The translations under genes and the position numbers were made by a program. The notes below the pieces were generated by a model that worked only from the letters and a program-made list of their open reading frames with translations, was not told where the DNA came from and searched no databases. A DNA stretch of 64,000 nucleotides from Octopus sinensis (lineage: Eukaryota): NCBI RefSeq assembly GCF_006345805.1, contig NC_043010.1, positions 45,012,001-45,076,000 of the forward strand, given 5' to 3'. Numbering within the stretch: position 1 is the first letter of the stretch; each line of letters opens with the position of its first letter. This document shows positions 55,368 through 64,000 of this stretch, in pieces.

Positions 55368-56006
55368 TTAATTTCAATTATCCGCACCAACGCACGGTTG
55401 CAACGCCAGATGGTTGTACCTCCAACCGTGCTGTTTACTGCTGTGATTTTTGCTACTAAGGTATCGGTTAAACTTTTGATTAATCTACTACAAGATTATT
55501 CATCTTTCTATTTCACATTATATATATATATATATATTTACAATTTATCTTTTACTTGCTTCAGTCATTAGACTGCGGTCATTCTGGGACACATATATAT
55601 TTATGTGTGTATCTTTGTGTCTGTGTTTGTCCACCCACCATCACTTGACAACCGATGTCGGTGTGTTTACGTGCCCGTAACCTAGCAGTTCGGCTAAGGG
55701 ACCAATAGAACAAGCACTAGGCTTACAAATAGTAAGTCCTGGTGTCGATTTCCCCGATTTAAAAAAAAAAAACTTTTAAGGGCTTTGTCAATGACTAAAG
55801 CAAGTAAAAGAATAAAAGAATATATATACACAATGTATTAGAAACCGGTGTACAAAAGAATTGAAATCAAAGAAATCTAAGTCACTAGATAAAGAATAGC
55901 TTACAATTACACAATTGTTGATTGTTTCATTCAGGGAGGTAAGCTCTGCTATATTAACGTGTGACTTACCAGTAAAACTAATACTAGATGATGATGGCAA
56001 TATATA

Positions 56007-57150
56007 CAGCTTTGGCCAAAAGTATTAGGCCACCCCCAATATTTCGGGGTTCTGCTATCTTAATGAAATTCGTGCACATAGTAGATTATGATATATTTCA
56101 CAATATACATTAGTTTTAATATCTGGCTGACCCTCCCTTAGCATCAGTTACTGCTTTTATACAGTTAGGCATTGAATCAACTAGTCTCTTGTAGGTGCTA
56201 GGAGCAATTTTACTCCGTTCTTCTCTCAACTTTTGGTACAAATACTCTTTATTTTTAATCGTTGTGTTCCTGATAGCTTCACCAAACATTTCCCATAGTT
56301 GTTCGATCGGATTTAGATCGGGACTTTGAGCTGGCCAGTCCATGGGAAGAATACCCTGTGTCTCAAACCATTAATGAGTATTCTTTGCTGCATGACATGC
56401 ACCGTTGTCCTGTTGAAAGATAACACTGTTTTTCGACACTCTTGGATGCAATTTAGCAATTGATGGCTCTAAAACATCTGATAACATAGAAACATAGGTA
56501 GCTGAATTCATCCTTCCCTGACATAAAAGCATTTCTCCTAGTCCTGCGGCAAACATGCAAGCCCACACCATGATAGAACCACCCTTATGTTTTACAGTTG
56601 GTACCAGACATTCAGCCCTAAATGCTTCCGCGACTCTGCAACGCACAAGAGTTGCACTAGATGTACCGAAAACCTGAGTAAAAACTTGAACAATAGTATT
56701 AGCTTTATGTTGGATTATTTTTTGTATATTTTGGGCAACAAGCCAGTTACATTAAGTTTATATGTTGATTGAATACATGTACTATCTTAGCCCATAGTTA
56801 CTTTCATCAGACCATATGACTTTTGACCATCGCTCACTGGTTCAATTTGAGTGGTTTTTGGCCCACTGAAGATGTTTTTCCATATTCGCTTCAGAAACCC
56901 ACTGCTTCTTCCTGGCTTTGCAGCCTTTTCAGACAGTACTCTACAAGCATTCTACTAACAGTTCTGGATGACATTTGTGAAGTACTAGCCTTGTTGAAGT
57001 CCGCACAGAGCTCTGACAATGTTTTTCTTCTGTTTCTGAGCGACTGGCGGACGGTAGATAATACCGTGATGACATTTTCTTGTATGTCTTGTATGTATGT
57101 CTTGGATGTAACGCAAGAGTAATAACATTTTCGGATTTCTCCCAGCTACA
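56007..57150 (-). mobile_element. Tc1-family (DD34E) transposon, 5'-truncated, with an intron-like insert
   Basis: TA|CAGCTTTGGCCAAAAGTATT terminal repeat at 56007. Motifs WSDES, PTVKHKGGSIMVWACM, FQQDNGACH and WPAQSPDLNPIE, plus an HTH-like LRNRRKTLSEL…SSRTVSRML. Confidence 0.92.
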
Positions 57151-57159
57151 GAGCATCTT

Positions 57160-57842
57160 AGTTAAATTCCTTCTCTTCTCTCCAGATTTTCCTCCAGAAG
57201 GAGTCTATGCCTTCTCGTGAAGGAGCTTCTGTGATATTTACTGCTCCTCCTCCTACTGTCTTTGTATACTGCTGCCTGGTTGCGGTTAAAGTTTTTGTTT
57301 ATTGTTCTTCTCTCAGTTATTCTCTTTTGATGTCTGAGTTTTTCACTGACAGCTTTTAGCTCCTGCTTTAGGGTAATCAGTTTGCAAGTGTGTGTCCCCT
57401 TTTTGCTGTCTCCAAACATCATTTCTATCTTCTTCTTTATTTTCTGTTGGTGGGACGCGTAGTGATTTGCTTGTTTGTTTGCAATAAGCATCATTACATG
57501 ACTGATGGTCTTCCGTAAACCAGTTAGCTTTTTCTCTATCTTCAAAACCCATAATGGTACTTTCTTTGTTATTTCGGTTTTGTCTACTTTTTTAATATCA
57601 TTCAAGTACTGTTTTACAGTAGTAGCCAGCGCATATAGACTGGCGTTAACTTGGCAGTATGTGGGTTCATCACACTGTTGTAAATACTCATCACCAACTT
57701 TGTTATCAGCTTTTAATACCGTATCTGGCATTTTTTCTTACTTTGGTAGAGAGTACTCTCTCTTTGAGAGAGTCCTTCAAAGCCAAAGTTATTTTTCTCG
57801 GAAAATTTCAGTAAGGGCACATTTCACCGGCATATAATCCTG

Positions 57843-57902
<60 letters not shown>

Positions 57903-57906
57903 ACTG

Positions 57907-57964
<58 letters not shown>

Positions 57965-58560
57965 TCCAATAATCGTTGCGGTTGTGCCTGCTATTTGCCA
58001 TGGTCATAGTAGGGGGACAGTGGTCAGTTATTTGAGCCAGTAATGTAGTTTGGCTGACAGGCACTATGGAAGCTGTTGAAATGTCGCTAGCTGCGAAACC
58101 ACGTTGTAGTTTTATGTCATTTACGCTTTCGTTTTTGTTTATAGAGTTGGGAAGAAGGTTAATTTTCGATTTTTAATAAAGTTACAATTACTAACCTTCT
58201 TTCTATGTTCTACAAATGTTGCTTGTTGGCCTAGTTGCTTCGCAGTAAAAGGATTTGATTCTGGATGCAGATCATCCCAATATGATTTCAATCGATTCAT
58301 ATAGCCAACAGCAGGGTTTTATTTCGCTTTTTCGTAGCAATTAAATATATCGTTATTCAGTTCATAATTCCAAGAGAAATGAGTTTTATAGTTATGGTTT
58401 CTTCTATAACTACAGCTAGAAAGAAATTGTTTACCTGTTGAGCTGTTGTTTTCCTTCTGTTCCTCGATTGTGTTGTTGATGTTTTGTCCAGCCATGTTGT
58501 TTGTAATAACTCTCTGCATGCTAAATTCAAGTTTCAGTCGAAAATCACTACGGTCGTAAA
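57160..58560 (-). mobile_element. Dong/R4-like LINE N-terminal region interrupted by (AGT/AGC)n at 57843-57962
   Basis: FSWNYELNNDIFNCYEKAK…GYMNRLKSYWDDLHP and PLWVLKIEKKLTGLRKTI…LKQELKAVSEKLR…NKNFNRN are motifs I recognise from the pre-RT region of R4/Dong elements. Confidence 0.7.
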
Positions 58561-58653
58561 TAAAAGGCTCCCTCAGTTAATTTATCTGAAGATTAACCAT
58601 ATTTAAGAAGGCTGATAGTTGTGGCTCCAAAGTTGGAGATAGTATTTATTGTA

Positions 58654-59214
58654 TTGGGTTGTCCGGAAAGTTCGTGCCGATTTTTAAAGGAAAGGAAAAG
58701 GTCAATAAATACTTGCCATTACATTTTTAATCAACCAAATATGAAACATTTTGTTGCACAATGTGTCTCCATCTTTCCTTTACCTTGAAAATACCCTCTT
58801 CCCAGAATTAAGGTGGTTTATGGCAAAGAATTCATCAAGGTATCTTTTTACGCCATCTAAGGAATTGAAATTTTTACCATTAAGACTATTCTGCAGAGAC
58901 CTGAATAAGTGGAAATCAGAAGGAGCAATATCTGGTGAATATGGAGGGTGGGGTAATATATCCCGGCCGAGCTACAGCAATTTTTGTCTGGTTCCCAAAG
59001 CATCAAGTGCCGAAAATGAACTTATCTTCGATTTTAAAGAGTTACATAATTAACACAGGTTATAGGAACATAAATCTTCTTCCACGAAAAGATAGCTTAA
59101 ACTGTGCTCTAAATGGAGGTGTAGTCAAATACTTTTTCATGGATTTAACCATGTTCTAAAATAAGTCGAAAGGTAAGCTACTATAAATCGGCACGAACTT
59201 TCCGGACAACCCAA
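58654..59214 (-). mobile_element. Internally deleted mariner (DD34D), 561 bp, intact TIRs
   Basis: A perfect ~30-bp TIR TTGGGTTGTCCGGAAAGTTCGTGCCGATTT with TA on both sides. The internal reading includes HPPYSPDIAPSDFHLFRSLQNSL. Confidence 0.93.
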
Positions 59215-59853
59215 TATTTTCGATAGTCTTCTACGCCAAATACGCGACTTGTCGCTTCGAATGAATGAATGAATGAATGTATTATCCCTGCTGTAAATGT
59301 TCTGTTTACTTGCTGGTTCAACTACTCGTAATATTATCTCTCCCAACGATTGGTTTTTACAGTTTTGTTAAATTACTCAAACCCAATTTTTGAAAAGGAC
59401 ATAGTAGGGAATTCACGGTCACTATCGGCTGCACATTTGTTACAGAAGTTGTTTAGATATAAGAGTCTTCAAAAATGATACAGGGAAATAATTTTCTGTG
59501 ACGAGTGAAGTAATCAAACATTTCGGATTCTTCTTCTTCTTGTCTATCACTTTCCTTAATAAATTAAAACTCTAAAAGCCTATATTTCAGAAAGCTTTTT
59601 ATCTATATGTTGTGTTCAGTTAATATATACCTCTAAAGCATCTGGCGAACTGAAATCACATGTCGGATTTTACATCTGGATAAAGCATTTTTAAAAGGCA
59701 AGTGAACATCTTGCATCCTTGATAATTAACCTTCCTTGATAATTATGTATATAATTAGGTAATAAATATACACCGTAAATAATATAAATAACAAACGAAA
59801 GAGATGAAGACATTGAGCTTAAGAAGACAATAGATTAATTCATGCGAGATAAT

Positions 59854-59859
59854 TTTATT
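59854..59859 (-). terminator. Candidate polyA signal of gene B
   Basis: AATAAA on - ~112 nt after the stop codon. Confidence 0.4.
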
Positions 59860-59970
59860 TCAGTAAAATAAAAAAATTTTTTAAAAAAAGAAAGAAAGAA
59901 AAGTAATTTCGGAAAAGCTTGTTAACATGTCGGTATTTCGTTCGGATAATTAACCATCAATGCGTCTTTT

Positions 59971-59994
59971 CTACAAACATTTGGCAAAGTAAAA
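59971..59994 (-). CDS. Gene B terminal exon (FYFAKCL*), paralog of gene A exon 7
   Basis: Strong acceptor TTTTGTTATTTTTGCAG, phase 0. KC falls at the same position as in LRVTKCPA. Confidence 0.72.
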   Translation of the reverse strand, partial: FYFAKCL

Positions 59995-60993
59995 CTGCAA
60001 AAATAACAAAATATAAATTTCAGTCAATGAACTTGGATAATGTATAACGATGCAAGACAATAACATATATACACTCATATTTTTCACCCACCGTCAGCTC
60101 TGCCGAAGTAAACCTATCATCATATGTAATTCCAGTTAAAAACACCTGGATTTGTTGTACGTATAGTGTATCTAAACGTAAAACATTACCCACAGTCTCT
60201 ATTTCTGTTTAAGACTGTAGCATGTGATATCTAACTGCAATTTACAGCAAGTTCAGTGACATTGTAGAAACTTCTTTGTTGGCTCGTTATGTTTAAATAT
60301 TTACACAATTCGGTAGTTATCGCGTATTCGAGATACAAACAATTGTGTGAGAGAATCGTCTGACAACAAATTTCATAATCTCGACAGTAATCTAGGATTA
60401 TATCTTGGCCATTTTACCTATGAAGCTAATGTAATCAGCGGTGAAAGATATAACAGTTAAGTTAATCACAGTTTAACTTCGAGAGAGTTATTGGATTTGA
60501 ATTTGTAAAATGCTGGCGTTCCTGGCCTTGCACTGAATGAAACTTCCCCTAATAACAAGAGTTAAATTGTTGCTTGCGTATTTCAAAGTAGCTAAAAAAA
60601 ACTACATAAGCCAATTACTAATTTTATTTTATATTTAGCAGATTCACAAATGCTGACCATTATTTTATAGCTCATCTCCTCTATGTTCAATACAGGTAAA
60701 GCTCGTTTCTACGTTATGGCTTCCATAAAAATACTAAAAATTTGTAAATGTTTTCTAAATGTTTTATTATATTGAATTTGACAGCTAATAGTAATATCTT
60801 GATTAATAATGCAGTGAATTGCAAACAGTTATTTCAACTAAAGTTCATAAGGCTGGTAATCTATAGAGCCATTTTAATGTTAAAATGAATTACTCTTAAA
60901 CCTCGAAGAATCCATTGAGAGCCAATGTTAATCTTTGTTTTCATGACGTTAAATGGATGAGAAACACTTATTGAGGGCCACTATATGATAAGA

Positions 60994-61751
60994 TATGTGA
61001 GGTGCATTCTAGAAGCTTAGAGACTTTTTTCTTGAGGAGAGGCAGTTAAACTGTTCTAGATTATTGTAGAATCTATTGTTCTAGATTATTGTAGAAGGAT
61101 GTAACATCCTACTAAACACCGCTTGCCACAGCCGACTAGTTTTTAGAGTGCAGTGAAGATATGAAGGCGGTTTGGAAGCTGACTAAGCAATAAAATTTTG
61201 TGTTAAACTGGGCAAAAATGATACAGAAACTTAAGAGATGCTCTTGGCTGTTTATGGATTGACTTGTATAAGCCGAACAAGGGGTTAGACAAATCAAATT
61301 CACTGAGAAGTTAATGATAATCCCCTTTTTCGACGCCAAGGGCATAATTTACATGCAATGGGTCCCTTCTGGTCAGACGGTCAATAAAGAGTACCTTGTA
61401 AAAGCTCTAAGGAAATTCAGGAAGAGATTTCGTCGCAAAAGGCCAGAGAACCTGCACCAGTTCACAACTCCATCGTGGTAAGAAATTACTTGAGAGAGAT
61501 GGGTATCAGAACTGTCCTTCACCCTCCCTCGCTACTATCCAGATCCTATTCCCTGTGACTTTTGCTCGTTCCTTAAGCCGAAGAAGATCGATGAGGCTGT
61601 GAAATGGGTCCTAAACACCTTCACTTAGTAGGAATTCCACAGGGTCTTCGCAAAATGACTGGAGCACTACAACGAGTGCATGTTGTACTTCTTTGAAATT
61701 AATAAATGTCTTTCCTGAAAAAGTCTCAAAACTTTTGGAATGCATCTTGTA
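60994..61751 (+). mobile_element. Decayed mariner in the last intron of gene B
   Basis: KLMIIPFFDAKGIIYMQWVPSGQTVNKEY…RKRFRRKRPE, with degenerate inverted termini (GAGGTGCATTC…GAGACTTTTT and AAAAAGTCTC…GAATGCATCTT). Confidence 0.8.
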
Positions 61752-62119
61752 TTTTCCTGAGAGCTAGGGAAACTGAGGCATGACAGTGAAAGCAGCACAT
61801 GTGTTGAAGGTAGGAAATTTTCTTTAATTTTCTATGATATTTGAATGTATCATCAACTGCAGATCAGTTTGTAAAATAACAGAAAACAAATTACTGGTAC
61901 AAACAGCAACAGTTTAAATTTTCTATGAGAAAAAGTTATGTAGAGAAAGTTGCCTTTCATTGTTTCTTTATTTTATAGATATAAGAGACAAAAGGCTTAT
62001 TGCCATTTTCTGTAAATTATCAATATTGCACTAATCTGAGTGAAATTTGAAAAAAAAAAGCAAATATGAATAAAAACTCAAATATGAAGAAAGCTTCAAA
62101 TTTTAAGAATTATACTCAC

Positions 62120-62199
62120 GTTTTTCATACGACCAACAAAGTTGCTCATATTGGACATATTTCCAGCACCAATTGCACACTGGTGCCTGTCGACTTTGC
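62120..62199 (-). CDS. Gene B penultimate exon (GKVDRHQCAIGAGNMSNMSNFVGRMKN), paralog of gene A exon 6; upstream exons not found in the window
   Basis: Acceptor TTTCTCCTTTAG, donor AAC|GTGAGT. Same length (80 nt) and phases (1-0) as exon 6, with shared G…G…FxG..KN. Confidence 0.85.
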
Positions 62200-62999
62200 C
62201 TAAAGGAGAAATACATGAATATGAGAAATATATTATTTCCTATACACGAAGAGAAAACTGTAAGTGATGGGACAATTAACGAGATTTTACACGGGCATTA
62301 GTGCTGAGGTAAGTTATTCTATTCTAAAACTCCCCAAGTGAAGTTACGTTAAATATTTTAGTTTAGATACAGAACGCTGCTAGGGCCCAGCTTTACAATA
62401 CTGCGCCTTTTTCACCTGTCAGGCATTACATTCGTTTCACATGAAAAGACTGTTTTCTTTATTTTGACAGAAGGAACGAGGCGCATATCCTTGAAGAATT
62501 TTAGTCAAACGAATCAACCCTAGTACTAATTCTTTTAATGACTGGTATTTATTCTATCAGCCATTTTTGTGAAACCGCTAAGTTATGGCGGCATAAACAT
62601 AACAACATCGGTTGTCGAGCGGTGGTGGGGGACAAACACAGACACAAAGTCTCAGTATTCATACACTTTGTCACCTCACTTCTCACACCCCCAACACACG
62701 CACATGCAAACATACATACACACGCATATATGCATACATATGTACACACGCATTCACACACACTCATACATACGCACACACAGCAACGCCAAAACACACA
62801 CACTTATAACAGCGCATCACCACCAAATCTTAATCCTGCTGCTAAACTCCACTCATGTAAGCACAAAAACACATCCACACAGATACTACATCACACGCAC
62901 ATACAGAAGCCCTTTTCGAATTCTCCTGCCTTGAAGAATTACTTTACTTTGAATTTACTGGTGTAAAATGGCATAGATATGAAAAGTTATATAAGTATA

Positions 63000-63397
63000 T
63001 CTTTATATATAAAAGAGAAGTTGTGTGTCTGTCTCCTACGATTTAGATTCCTAACTACTCCCACATTTTGCGGTGCAGTTTAACCAAAACCGAGTATCTT
63101 ATAGTCGTGATTCATATCGAGCCCTTCTGGGTATTAGCGCGCGTCTACGATGAGTCTACGATTTAAAAAAAAAATTACCATAATTTTTTTCCATTTTAAT
63201 GCATTTTTTTCGCTATTATATAAGTGAAGTAACTCTCTAAAAATGTCTACGATGAGTCAACGATTTAAAAAAAAATTACCATAATTTCTTTTCCATTTTT
63301 AATGCATTTTTTTGCTATTTTTTGGCTATAACTCTCTAAAAATGCTTATATAGTTATTTCCCTTACAAACCCGAGCAACGCCGGGCGATACTGCTAG
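63000..63397 (+). mobile_element. Non-autonomous Helitron-like element
   Basis: A|TC 5' end, subterminal hairpin CCCG-AGCAACGC-CGGG and CTAG|T 3' end, with an internal ~75-bp duplication. Confidence 0.75.
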
Positions 63398-63419
63398 TTA
63401 AGTATATGATTTAAGTTAT

Positions 63420-63800
63420 AGAACGAAGTTCGACAAATTCAATCATATTTTTCATAAATGTATATTATTTGCTTTCATGTAATATTACTATTTTCCTAGA
63501 TGCAAGTAAAATTTTAATTTCCTTCATGGACAAGTTAATTTTATTCTTAGCAAAGATTAGTGCCTTATTTAATAAAATTGGGTTGATTGATTGGTAATAG
63601 TCGTTTATGTCTGATTGTATGAATTTGCATGTTTTCTTGTCGCGAATGTTGGTAAACCAGTTAATTGCATCTTGTGTTTTGGAACAAAGGCTAAATTTAA
63701 TTTTTGATTTTAGAGTGCAGATATTTATCTATAATTATTTTGCTGAGTTTATCTAGGTCTGTTTATACCTACATCGCCACTTTGAATTCAGGCAGATGTA
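63420..63800 (-). mobile_element. Penelope-like reverse transcriptase fragment
   Basis: KTQDAINWFTNIRDKKTCKFIQSDINDYYQSINPILLNKALIFAK matches the PLE RT segment WF…FIxxDIxxFYPSI…L..AL.FA. Confidence 0.75.
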
Positions 63801-64000
63801 TAAAAATCATTTATGTACATATGTGTACATAGGTACAGGTGTTCAGTATATAAGAGTTTCTCTTTGTTAATGTCATCTATAGGGTGCATATGTGCATTAT
63901 CGCATGCTTCGGTGCCTGATTACTTTTTTGTCCGTAATTGTCAGGGAATACATTGTATATGTGTATATACGCAAGTATATATACATAATTGTCATTTTAC

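Noticed and set aside
27400-59900. Additional CBM14/LamG paralog exons between genes A and B
   Set aside because: A manual scan of both strands found none; a tBLASTN with gene A would be needed to exclude very decayed copies.
60040-60215. Short minus-strand open frame (VGNVLRLDTLYVQQIQVFLTG…) in the gene B intron
   Set aside because: No recognisable domain or consistent splice phases; inclusion would not fit the A/B exon correspondence.
61997-62035. Alternative last exon for gene B (ISAILIIYRKWQ*) behind a strong polypyrimidine tract
   Set aside because: It lacks the terminal Cys conserved with gene A, and 59971-59994 aligns better. Use as a minor isoform cannot be excluded.

Overview
AT-rich, microsatellite- and transposon-dense animal genomic DNA. 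The SINE/LINE families and gene content point to an octopod cephalopod, probably Octopus (inference). No prokaryotic features or CRISPR arrays were found. Manual splicing gives one complete 7-exon host gene on + (13748-27396, 333 aa): signal peptide, two chitin-binding peritrophin-A/CBM14 domains and a C-terminal LamG/concanavalin-like domain, i.e. a VWA-less Pif/BMSP-like (LamG3-type) protein. The last two exons of a strongly diverged paralog lie on - (62120-62199, 59971-59994), so the two genes are convergent. The ORF track misses most of both genes. The rest is tRNA-derived SINEs, L1/Tx1, CR1, RTE, Dong/R4 and Penelope-like relics, Tc1/mariner relics, a Helitron-like element and long microsatellites. 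The most unusual signal is a dense set of type I hammerhead-ribozyme (HHR) motifs from several unrelated repeat families. These include a 430-bp tandem array ending in an inverted copy (retrozyme-like, 49226-50698) and a 1.26-kb near-perfect palindrome with an HHR in each arm (54107-55367). All calls were made by eye, without database searches or folding software.
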